From Mesoterricola sediminis (GTDB taxonomy: Bacteria > Acidobacteriota > Holophagae > Holophagales > Holophagaceae): a stretch of DNA of 64,000 bases. How positions within the stretch are numbered: the first letter of the stretch is position 1; each line of letters starts with the position of its first letter. The stretch lies in assembly GCF_030295425.1 (NCBI RefSeq), contig NZ_AP027081.1, positions 2,108,965-2,172,964 on the forward strand, written 5' to 3'. Shown here in pieces: positions 1-7,731 of the stretch. The position numbers and the translations under genes were made by a program. The notes beneath the pieces were generated by a model, which saw only the letters and a list, made by a program, of their open reading frames with translations, was not told the DNA's origin and made no database searches.

Positions 1-1245
1 ATGGAGGTGCGCCTGTGCCGGAAGGACGGGACGCCCTTCGACGCCCTCCTGTCCGCGCGCGTGATCCGCCTGGGGGGCGAGGACGTGTGCCTCTCGGTCA
101 CCCGGGACATCACCCCGCTGAAGCGGGCCGCGGCGGAGCGGCGGCGGCTGGAGGCGGAGCTGGACCACTTCCAGAAACTGGAGAGCCTGGGCCGTCTGGC
201 GGGGGGCGTGGCCCACGACATGAACAACACCCTCGCGGCCATCCTGGCCGTGACGGAAGTCCTCCGCATCCAGCGCGCCGGGGACGCCGCGCTGATGGGC
301 TCCGTGTCCCTGGTGGAGCAGGCCGCGGGCCGCGGCCGCGAGATGGTGAAGTCCCTCCTGGGCTTCACCCGCAAGGAGATCACCCAGCCGGTGCCGGTGG
401 ACGTGAACGCCATGGTGCGCCAGGAGATGGGGCTCCTGGACCGCACCCTCCTGAAGAAGTACGAGCTCGTCATGGACCTGGCCGAGGACCTCCCCGCCAT
501 CACCGGAGAGCCGGGAAGCCTGGGCGGAGCGCTGATGAACCTGTGCGTGAACGCCGCGGACGCCATGCCCGGGGGAGGCCGGCTGCGCATCGTCACCCGG
601 CGGGGACCCGCGGGCTGGGTGGAGCTGGTCGTCGAGGACACCGGGGAGGGCATGACTCCCGAGGTGCTGCGGCGGGCCATGGAGCCCTTCTACACCACCA
701 AACCCACGGGGAAGGGCACCGGGCTGGGCCTATCCCAGGTGTTCAACACCGCCCGGGCCCACGGCGGCTACCTGCGCCTGGAGAGCGAGCCCGGGCAGGG
801 GACCCGGGCCATCCTGGGCCTCGCCTGCGACAGCGGCCCGGCCCCGGCGGCCGGCTCCGGCCCCGCGCCCCGGGAACGCGCGCCCATGGACATCCTCCTG
901 GTGGACGACGAGGATCTCATCCGCAGCGCCCTCCCGCCCCTCCTGGAGGCCCACGGCCACCGGGTGCGCGCCGTGCCCGGGGGCCGGGAGGCCCTGCGGG
1001 AGCTGGACCGGGCCGGGGCGCCGGACCTGGTGCTCCTGGACATGAACATGCCCGAAATGAACGGCCTGGAGACCCTGGGGGCCATCCGGGCCCGGTTCCC
1101 GTCCCTGCCGATCCTGGTGGGCACCGGGTACCTGGAGCGGGAGGCCGAGGAGGTCCTGGAGGCCGATCCGCGGGCCGGCGCCATCACCAAGCCCTACACG
1201 GTCGAGGAGATCGGCCGCGCCCTGGACGGCCTGGAGGCGGGGTGA
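1..1245 (+). CDS. hybrid sensor histidine kinase/response regulator (5' partial; HisKA-HATPase_c plus C-terminal receiver)
   Basis: H-box AHDMNNTLAAI; N/G-box motifs; receiver LLVDDED...DLVLLDMNMPEMNG. PAS-like end at residue 1 implies upstream sensor part is outside the window. Confidence 0.8.
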   Translation: MEVRLCRKDGTPFDALLSARVIRLGGEDVCLSVTRDITPLKRAAAERRRLEAELDHFQKLESLGRLAGGVAHDMNNTLAAILAVTEVLRIQRAGDAALMGSVSLVEQAAGRGREMVKSLLGFTRKEITQPVPVDVNAMVRQEMGLLDRTLLKKYELVMDLAEDLPAITGEPGSLGGALMNLCVNAADAMPGGGRLRIVTRRGPAGWVELVVEDTGEGMTPEVLRRAMEPFYTTKPTGKGTGLGLSQVFNTARAHGGYLRLESEPGQGTRAILGLACDSGPAPAAGSGPAPRERAPMDILLVDDEDLIRSALPPLLEAHGHRVRAVPGGREALRELDRAGAPDLVLLDMNMPEMNGLETLGAIRARFPSLPILVGTGYLEREAEEVLEADPRAGAITKPYTVEEIGRALDGLEAG

Positions 1246-1291
1246 GGGCGGGGCCCTTGCCAGGGGCCCTCCCGCGCGTTCTCCTGGAAGC

Positions 1292-2467
1292 ATGTACACG
1301 CCGTTCCCGCCCCCCGAGACCCGCCGCGCCACCGACAGCCTGAAGTGGAAGGCCTACGCCGGCGACGTGATCCCCCTCTGGGTGGCCGACATGGATTTCG
1401 CCGCGCCGGAGCCGGTGCTGGACGCCCTCCGGACCCGCCTGGACCACGGGATCCTCGGCTACACGGACCTGGCGGGGGCCCCGGAGACGGGTGCGGCGGA
1501 CCTGCGGGAGGTGATCGTGGCGCGCCTGGCGCGGCGCTACGGCTGGGAGGTGGCGCCCGAGGCGCTGGTCTTCGTGCCGGGCGTCGTCACGGGGCTCAAC
1601 CTGGCCTGCCACGCCCTCGGCGGGCCCGGGGACGAGGCGGTGGTCCAGCCTCCGGTGTACACGCCCTTCCTCCACGCGCCCGGCACCGCCGGCATGGCGC
1701 GCCGCGACGCGCCGCTGGCGAGGGACGGGGACGGGACCTGGCGCATGGACCTCGACGCGTTCGAGGCGGCCCTGGGGCCCAGGACCCGGGCCTGGCTCCT
1801 GTGCAATCCCCACAACCCCGTGGGCCGCGCCTGGCGCCGGGACGAGCTCGAGGCCGCGGCGGAGCGCTGCCTGCGGGCCGGCGTTCCCATGGTCTCGGAC
1901 GAGATCCACTGCGACTTGTTGTTTGAGGGCCGGACCCACGTGCCCCTGGCCAGCCTCGGGCCGGAGGTGGCGCGGCGCACCATCACGCTCATGGCCCCCA
2001 GCAAGACCTTCAACATCGCCGGCCTCACCTGCAGCTTCGCGGTGATCCCCGATCCGGACCTCCGCCGCGCCTACCTCCAGGCCCGGCGGGGCCTCGTGCC
2101 CTGGGTGAACCTCCTGGGCGTCGTGGCGGCCGAGGCCGCCTACCGCCACGGCCAGCCCTGGCTGGACACGGTCATGGCGGAACTGGAGGCGAACCGCGCC
2201 GCCCTGGCGGCGGCCATGGGGCGCGACCTGCCGGGGCTGGCCATGGCCGCGCCGGAGGCCACCTACCTGGCCTGGATCGACTGTCGGGGCGCCGGCCTCG
2301 GCGAGGACCCGGCGGGCTTCTTCCAGGCGCGGGCAAAGGTGGCCCTCATCGGCGGCGAGACCTTCGGGGATGAGGGCAGGGGCCATGTGCGCCTGAACTT
2401 CGGCTGCCGGGGCGAGCTCCTCCAGGAGGCCCTGGCGCGCATGGGGGCGGCCCTGCGCGCGCGCTGA
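1292..2467 (+). CDS. PLP-dependent C-S lyase, MalY/PatB-type aminotransferase class I/II
   Basis: N-terminus WVADMDF and lysine motif region SKTFNIAGL typical of PatB/MalY cystathionine beta-lyases; 391 aa. Confidence 0.75.
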   Translation: MYTPFPPPETRRATDSLKWKAYAGDVIPLWVADMDFAAPEPVLDALRTRLDHGILGYTDLAGAPETGAADLREVIVARLARRYGWEVAPEALVFVPGVVTGLNLACHALGGPGDEAVVQPPVYTPFLHAPGTAGMARRDAPLARDGDGTWRMDLDAFEAALGPRTRAWLLCNPHNPVGRAWRRDELEAAAERCLRAGVPMVSDEIHCDLLFEGRTHVPLASLGPEVARRTITLMAPSKTFNIAGLTCSFAVIPDPDLRRAYLQARRGLVPWVNLLGVVAAEAAYRHGQPWLDTVMAELEANRAALAAAMGRDLPGLAMAAPEATYLAWIDCRGAGLGEDPAGFFQARAKVALIGGETFGDEGRGHVRLNFGCRGELLQEALARMGAALRAR

Positions 2468-2500
2468 AGCCGCCCCGGACCTGGAATGCTCAAACCCCCC

Positions 2501-2582
2501 TTGACAGGACCCGGTTCGATGCCTAGCTTAGATTGGACGATCGATCAGGATCCTCGGGTCGAAGCATCGAAAGGGGCAGCCC
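2501..2582 (+). promoter_or_regulatory. conserved promoter/leader element copy 1 (TTGACAGGACC ... GCTTAGATTG ... ACGATCGATCAG ... CCTCGGG, then RBS and ATG)
   Basis: Near-identical element repeated at 4181-4245. TTGACA -35-like hexamer with TAGCTT 17 bp downstream; internal GATCGATC palindrome. Confidence 0.4.
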
Positions 2583-2756
2583 ATGCGCACCAAAAAGCAG
2601 TCGGAGACCCCGGTCCAGCGGTTCCAGATCTTCTTCCGGGGCAACCATCTCGGCTGGATCCACCGCGCCTCCCAGCGGGAGGCCATGCGGGACGTGCGGG
2701 ACATCTTCCCCCTGGACGACCTCACCCTCGTGCCCGTGAGGGAGGAAGGGGCGTGA
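2583..2756 (+). CDS. small hypothetical protein (57 aa), not in ORF track
   Basis: ATG preceded by AAAGGGG RBS; nearly every codon ends in G/C (strong GC3 coding signal); sits between the conserved leader element and tetR. Confidence 0.5.
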   Translation: MRTKKQSETPVQRFQIFFRGNHLGWIHRASQREAMRDVRDIFPLDDLTLVPVREEGA

Positions 2757-2779
2757 GCCAAATCCGCCAGGGAGCGGGT

Positions 2780-3466
2780 ATGCTAGGCCAAAAAGGACCC
2801 GCCTTGGACACAAAGACCGCCATCCTCCACGCGGCACTCGCCTGCTTTGCCGACCACGGTTATGAAGGAACGAGTATCCGCATGATCGCGGAGCGCGCCG
2901 GCCGGCCCCTGTCCCTCCTCGCCCACCATTTCGGGAACAAGGAGAACCTCTACGTGGAGGTCTTCCGGTACCTCTTCGAATGGTCCATGTCCTCCACCCC
3001 CGAGGCGCGGGAGCCCCGGGACGCGGCGGAGGCCGCCCGGTTCCTCCGGGAGGAACTCCACCGCACCTTCAAGGACATGGTCCAGAAGCATGAGGACAAG
3101 AATCCCCTCCGGGAGCAGGGCACGCGCCTCTGGCTCCAGGAGATCCGGGAGCCCCGGCCCGCGCTGCACGACCTCATCCGGAACTTCGCCGGGCCCATGG
3201 CCACCACGATCCGCAACTGCCTGACGGTCCTGCGCCCCGACCTGAACCCGGACGAGATCGCCTTCCTGGGCGCCTCCATCATCGGCCAGGTGGTGGGCCA
3301 CGGGTTCATGGCCGGCCTCAACCGCATCATCTGGGGGGACCGCCCCCTTCCGCCCGTGTTCCAGGGGGCCGAGATCCTCGTGGAGCAGACCTTCCACGGG
3401 CTGCTGCGCGAAGGGGCGCCCGCGCCCGTCGCGGCCCCGGCCCGGACCCGCAAGGCGAAGGCCTAG
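2780..3466 (+). CDS. TetR/AcrR family transcriptional regulator
   Basis: N-terminal HTH KTAILHAALACFADHGYEGTSIRMIAERAG; AGGGAG RBS upstream of the internal ATG at 2780. The upstream part of the listed ORF is out-of-frame leader. Confidence 0.8.
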   Translation: MLGQKGPALDTKTAILHAALACFADHGYEGTSIRMIAERAGRPLSLLAHHFGNKENLYVEVFRYLFEWSMSSTPEAREPRDAAEAARFLREELHRTFKDMVQKHEDKNPLREQGTRLWLQEIREPRPALHDLIRNFAGPMATTIRNCLTVLRPDLNPDEIAFLGASIIGQVVGHGFMAGLNRIIWGDRPLPPVFQGAEILVEQTFHGLLREGAPAPVAAPARTRKAKA

Positions 3467-3564
3467 CGGGCCCCGGATCGGTTCCAGGGACGTCCCCCGC
3501 GCGCGGAACCAAGGGGCGGCAGGGAGCCTTGCCCTGCGTCCAGGGCCGGAGGCGCCGGGCGGGG

Positions 3565-4056
3565 TCAGGCCTCCCGGCGCAGGGGCGGGAATCCGTAGTC
3601 CGGCCGGGCGGGGCGGGCCTGGGCCAGGGCCGCGCGGAGGGCAGGGCCGAGGCCCGTGCCGTCCAGGGGCAGGGGGAGGAGCCCCGCCACGTTCGCGGGC
3701 AGGGGCAGGGTGGGCTCGATCCCGGGGGCCACGCAGAGGATCACCGGAAGGTCGCCGCGGAGGCGGGCCACGTCGGCGGCGAAGGCCAGGCCCTCCGGGT
3801 CCGCCCCGGCCAGGACCAGGTCCACGCGACCGGGTCGCGCGCCAAGCCAGCCGAGGGCGGACCCGGGGTCGGAAAAGGCCTCGCAGGGGTGGCCCAGGGC
3901 CTCCAGCACCGCGACCGTGAGGTCGCAGAGGGCCGGTTCGCCGTCCACGAAGAGGACCCTGGGGCCCTGGGGAACCGCGTCGAAGCGGGTGGACCGCTGG
4001 ATCAGGCGTCGGGTGGGGATCAGGGCCATGGTGCCGCCGGGGTGCCGAGGTTGCAA
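3565..4056 (-). CDS. stand-alone receiver-domain protein, atypical (phospho-acceptor Asp apparently replaced)
   Basis: VLFVDGEP...DLVLAGADPEG...PVILCVAPG resembles a CheY-like fold, but the DLVLLD Asp position reads AG. Alternative start at 4029. Confidence 0.55.
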   Translation of the reverse strand: MQPRHPGGTMALIPTRRLIQRSTRFDAVPQGPRVLFVDGEPALCDLTVAVLEALGHPCEAFSDPGSALGWLGARPGRVDLVLAGADPEGLAFAADVARLRGDLPVILCVAPGIEPTLPLPANVAGLLPLPLDGTGLGPALRAALAQARPARPDYGFPPLRREA

Positions 4057-4180
4057 GGATCGGACGATCGTTCAAAACCGTCCCTTCCATGAACCATAAT
4101 TCCAGGTTTCAACTTGTCAAGGTGCATCGAAGGGATCTGTGGCATGGATCAAGGCCTCGATGGGATCTGGCGGTTTCGTG

Positions 4181-4245
4181 TTGACAGGACCCCGGGGGGG
4201 CAGGATGCTTAGATTGAACGAACGATCAGCACCTTCGGGGGCCCC
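4181..4245 (+). promoter_or_regulatory. conserved promoter/leader element copy 2
   Basis: TTGACAGGACC ... GCTTAGATTG ... ACGAACGATCAG ... CCTTCGGGGG immediately before the ATG at 4246; paralogous to 2501-2582. Confidence 0.4.
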
Positions 4246-4512
4246 ATGAACGGAACGGTCAAGCACGTGAATCCTGGCACCCGCGCCGCGGTCATCCTCC
4301 TGGAGACGGGGGACTGCATGGTGGCCAGCCTCCGCAAGCCCGGGGGCCTGGAGGCCGGCGATCCCGTGGAGACCCAGGGCCTGTGGCTGGGGGACCGCGG
4401 CGAGATCACCAACCTCCGGACGGGACGGGCCTGTGCTGTCACCATCCTGTCCATCTCGCGGGACGAAGGTTTCGCCGAGAAGGAAAGCGACGACCCCGAA
4501 CTGACCGCCTGA
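4246..4512 (+). CDS. small hypothetical protein (88 aa)
   Basis: ORF directly downstream of conserved leader copy 2; 10-bp gap to the next gene. Confidence 0.5.
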   Translation: MNGTVKHVNPGTRAAVILLETGDCMVASLRKPGGLEAGDPVETQGLWLGDRGEITNLRTGRACAVTILSISRDEGFAEKESDDPELTA

Positions 4513-4521
4513 GGGGGGCGC

Positions 4522-5610
4522 GTGACGCGACGCCTCGCCGCGGTCCTCGTCGCCCTGGGGCTGGTCGGGCCCTGCGCCTGCGCGCAGGAGGCCTGGCCGG
4601 ACCCGGGTCCTCCGGCCACCCGGGACCTCTTCCCCCTCAACCTCCTGCCGCTCACGTACCGGCCCGCCTCCGCCGTGCCCCTCCGGGCCGGGGAGACCCG
4701 GGTCGCGATGCAGGTGATCCGGGCGAACACCTTCGAATTCTCGGATCTCATCAAGGATCACCTCGCCCATGAAACGGGGGGCCGGACCCCCGTGACGCCG
4801 GCCATGGTCGCGGCCCTGGCGGCGCAGACGTCGTCGGAACCCCTCCTCTACTACTTCGACGGGGAGGTGCAGCGCACGGATATCCACATCGGCCGCGGCG
4901 TCGGCCGGGACCTGGAAGTGGGGCTCACCTTAGGGTGGCAGAGCCTGGACGGAGGTTTCCTGGACGGGCTCATCGAAGGGGTGCACCGCCTGGGCTTCGA
5001 ACAGACGGGCCGGGGCGCCATCGCCCGGAACCAGCTCACCCTCGTGGTCCTCCAGCGGGGCGAGGTGATCACCTTCCGCCAGAAGCCCATCCGCTTCCAG
5101 GCCACGGATCCGGTGCTGAGCTTCGTCTGGCGGGCCTGCGCGCGGGACGGCTGGTCCCTCTCCGCCACCGGGGCCCTCCAGGTGCCCCTGGTGAGCTTCG
5201 AAGGGCACATCCGCACGACCTGGGACTTCAGCACCGGGCTCCTGGTCCAGTCGCCGGTCCGGGACGGCTGGTCCTTGAACGGCGGCGTGGCCTACCTGCG
5301 GCGCGGCACCCAGGGCGGCTTCCGCGCCGCCAATCCCTTCCTCGTGAAGGACCAGGCGGCGGGGCACGTGGGGATCCAGTACGAAGGCTGGCGGCGGGTC
5401 CGCCCCTACCTGGTGCTGCTGTACCACGATGGCCTGCTGGTGGGCCGGACCTCGGCGGCCCTGGACCAGCCCGCCCTGAACCACGACCTGGGCGTCCACA
5501 TCCGGATCGCCCGCAACGCGGCGCTGACCCTGGGCTACATCAACAACATCACCCACAACGAGAACACCGCGGACATGGCCTTCGAGGTCCGGGTGTCGGC
5601 GAAGTTCTGA
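4522..5610 (+). CDS. putative outer-membrane beta-barrel protein
   Basis: Signal peptide; alternating amphipathic beta-strand pattern; C-terminal ...VRVSAKF with terminal Phe. Confidence 0.6.
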   Translation: MTRRLAAVLVALGLVGPCACAQEAWPDPGPPATRDLFPLNLLPLTYRPASAVPLRAGETRVAMQVIRANTFEFSDLIKDHLAHETGGRTPVTPAMVAALAAQTSSEPLLYYFDGEVQRTDIHIGRGVGRDLEVGLTLGWQSLDGGFLDGLIEGVHRLGFEQTGRGAIARNQLTLVVLQRGEVITFRQKPIRFQATDPVLSFVWRACARDGWSLSATGALQVPLVSFEGHIRTTWDFSTGLLVQSPVRDGWSLNGGVAYLRRGTQGGFRAANPFLVKDQAAGHVGIQYEGWRRVRPYLVLLYHDGLLVGRTSAALDQPALNHDLGVHIRIARNAALTLGYINNITHNENTADMAFEVRVSAKF

Positions 5611-5620
5611 GGCGGGCCCC

Positions 5621-6112
5621 TCAGCCCTTCCAGGCCAGCCCCTCCACCTTGAACACCCGGCCCGCCTGGTCCACGGCGATGCCTTCGGCCTGGGCCTCGC
5701 CCCGGGCGGGCCGGCAGATCTCCAGCTTCAGCCAGCCCCCCTGGAAGCCCTCCATGTCGAGGCGGACGTGCCCCTCCTGGCGGATCACGTGGGTGCCGTA
5801 GTAGCCCTGGCCGAAGACCCGGTCCCAGGCGGGGGCGAGCTCGTCGTCGGCGGGGGCCTTGATCCAGCCCGGCGGCATGGAGAGGCCGTAGCTGCGCCCG
5901 TCGGGGAGGTCCGCGACGATGGTCGCCAGCTGCTGGCCGTGGCGGAAGGAGATCCGGCAGTGGACGGGGCGCGTGTCGGGCCCGCCCTGGGGTTCCAGGA
6001 CGAAGGCGGTGGTGCTGCCGGCCGTCGCCGACGCGGCGGTCGGCGCCTGGTGCCTGCACCCGGCCAGGGTCAGGAGGGTGGTGGAAAGAAGGACGGCTGC
6101 GCTGGAATGCAT
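5621..6112 (-). CDS. lipoprotein, hypothetical
   Basis: Internal start MHSSAAVLLSTTLLTLAGC gives lipobox LAGC; the upstream part of the listed ORF lacks a signal peptide. Confidence 0.6.
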   Translation of the reverse strand: MHSSAAVLLSTTLLTLAGCRHQAPTAASATAGSTTAFVLEPQGGPDTRPVHCRISFRHGQQLATIVADLPDGRSYGLSMPPGWIKAPADDELAPAWDRVFGQGYYGTHVIRQEGHVRLDMEGFQGGWLKLEICRPARGEAQAEGIAVDQAGRVFKVEGLAWKG

Positions 6113-6381
6113 GCTATATCCAATCGGATACAGGGATGGTACCAGCATTCCTCCCGCCGAGGCCACACATGGCCGCCGCTGGGATAAAAGGACGTAGGAA
6201 CGGGCCTTCGTTCCCGGTTTGTGCCAAGCCGGGGGTGCCGGCCGCACCCGGGGCGGAACTGGAGCCGGTCATGGATCACCTCTGGCCCTTGGATGCCGGA
6301 AGGGCCAGTCGGGTGCCAGGGTCTGAGCGTTTTTTTGAAGCTGTATGTGTTGTTTTTCAACCTTTTAGCGCATGCACCGGC

Positions 6382-7392
6382 TCAGCGGGCGAGGTGCTTG
6401 CGGAGGAAGGCGTACATCGCCTTCCGGGCCTTGCGGGCGTACGAGGTGTCGATGCGGTCCCAGCCGTGGCCGCCGGGGGCATCCTGCTCGATCTTCCACG
6501 TGAAATCCTTGCCGGCCGCCTTGAGGTGGGTGATCAGCTGCTCCACCTCCACGACGTTCACGTCCCGGTCGTTGGTGGTGCTCGTGACCATCAGGGGCAG
6601 CTTGAGCTTGTGGACGTTCCAGGCGGGGCTGCGGCGCTTGAGGAGCTCGACGTCGTCGCCGGGGTCCTTGCCGAACATGCTGCGGAGCACCTTGGGATCC
6701 CGGTACTCCTCGCCCGCGTAGCCGACCCGCGCCAGGAGGTCGGAGACCGGCACGCCCGCGTAGATGCACGCGAACTTGTCCGGGTGATCGAAGCCGGCCA
6801 TGAGGCTGATCATGCCGCCGTGGCTCCAGCCGACGAGGGCCACGCGCGCGGGGTCGACGGGGAGCTCCTCCACCGCCCAGTCGCGGCACGCGACGACATC
6901 GTCGTTCTCGAGGCCGCCGTAGTCGATGGCGTCGTGGAGGCCCTTGCCGTGGCCGGTGGAGCCGCGGTACTCGGGGGCCACGACGATCCAGCCCTGGCCG
7001 ACCATCTCCCGGACGATGTGGGCGTGGTAGGTGCCGAAGTCGGCGTGCACCCCGCCGTGGCTGAGGACGATGCACGGGTGCTTGCGGGCCGTGTCGAGGC
7101 CCTTGGGCACGAAGGTGTGCGCGTAGATGCGCAGGGGGTGGCGCTCGTTCCGGATGCCGTAGGTCTCGGCCCCCTTGGGATTGGGCGGGCCGGTGAGGGT
7201 GACCTTGTCCACCACCGCGACGTCCGACAGGCGGAGCGCGAAGAGGGCGTCGTCGGCGGTCTTCCGGACCTGGTCCAGCTCCCACCGGAGGTCCTCCACC
7301 TGGGCCTCCAGGTGGCGGATGCGCGCGTCCGGGGCCTCCTGGGCCGATAAACAGGCGGCCAGCGCCAGGGCGGAACCAAGGAAACGGAGCAC
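6382..7392 (-). CDS. S9 peptidase / alpha-beta hydrolase (prolyl oligopeptidase-dienelactone hydrolase fold), secreted
   Basis: GWSHGG nucleophile elbow, HGGVHADFG, catalytic His near the C-terminus. GTG start 4 nt after AGGAGG gives signal peptide VLRFLGSALALAACLSAQEA. Confidence 0.75.
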   Translation of the reverse strand: MLRFLGSALALAACLSAQEAPDARIRHLEAQVEDLRWELDQVRKTADDALFALRLSDVAVVDKVTLTGPPNPKGAETYGIRNERHPLRIYAHTFVPKGLDTARKHPCIVLSHGGVHADFGTYHAHIVREMVGQGWIVVAPEYRGSTGHGKGLHDAIDYGGLENDDVVACRDWAVEELPVDPARVALVGWSHGGMISLMAGFDHPDKFACIYAGVPVSDLLARVGYAGEEYRDPKVLRSMFGKDPGDDVELLKRRSPAWNVHKLKLPLMVTSTTNDRDVNVVEVEQLITHLKAAGKDFTWKIEQDAPGGHGWDRIDTSYARKARKAMYAFLRKHLAR

Positions 7393-7460
7393 GGGGCCTC
7401 CTGCATCGCAACGTGAGGATGATACTCCCACGTTAGACCGGCCCCGCGCCCCGCACAAGG

Positions 7461-7631
7461 CTACTGCAGGCCCTTGCGCGCCTTCTCGATGGTGGCCTGG
7501 GCGTAGTAGGCGCAGACGCCCTTCTTGGCGTCGGGCTCGAGGCCGGCGGCCTTCAGGGCCTCCTTCAGCTTCTTCTCGGGCAGGGCCAGCTCCTTGGCCC
7601 AGGCGGCCGCGGTCTTGAGTTCGTCACCCAT
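7461..7631 (-). CDS. small hypothetical protein (56 aa), not in ORF track
   Basis: ATG with perfect AGGAGG RBS (GCAGGAGGATCCCC ATG); Lys/Ala-rich helical sequence MGDELKTAAAWAKELALPEKKLKEALKAAGLEPDAKKGVCAYYAQATIEKARKGLQ; divergent from the kinase gene. Confidence 0.5.
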   Translation of the reverse strand: MGDELKTAAAWAKELALPEKKLKEALKAAGLEPDAKKGVCAYYAQATIEKARKGLQ

Positions 7632-7731
7632 GGGGATCCTCCTGCGCCCAGTGTACCGGGGGCGCCGCCCGCGGGAAGGCGTGCGCGGCGTCCTGGACTG
7701 TGTTATAAATAATTATATTCCAACCCTTGCC
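7632..7731. promoter_or_regulatory. divergent promoter region with 25-bp AT-rich island (TGTTATAAATAATTATATTCC) in a 70% GC background
   Basis: Lies between the small minus-strand ORF start (7631) and the kinase ATG (7732); the only strongly AT-rich stretch for several kb. Confidence 0.4.

Noticed and set aside
2783-4090. 435-aa minus-strand ORF antisense to tetR and the receiver gene
   Set aside because: It is Pro/Arg/Gly-rich low-complexity translation typical of GC-rich antisense frames. It overlaps two well-supported genes and has no motifs.
6136-7458. 404-aa plus-strand ORF and 348-aa minus-strand ORF overlapping the S9 peptidase gene
   Set aside because: They are shadow frames of the peptidase gene, low-complexity and lacking an RBS. 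The peptidase frame carries the GWSHGG catalytic motif.
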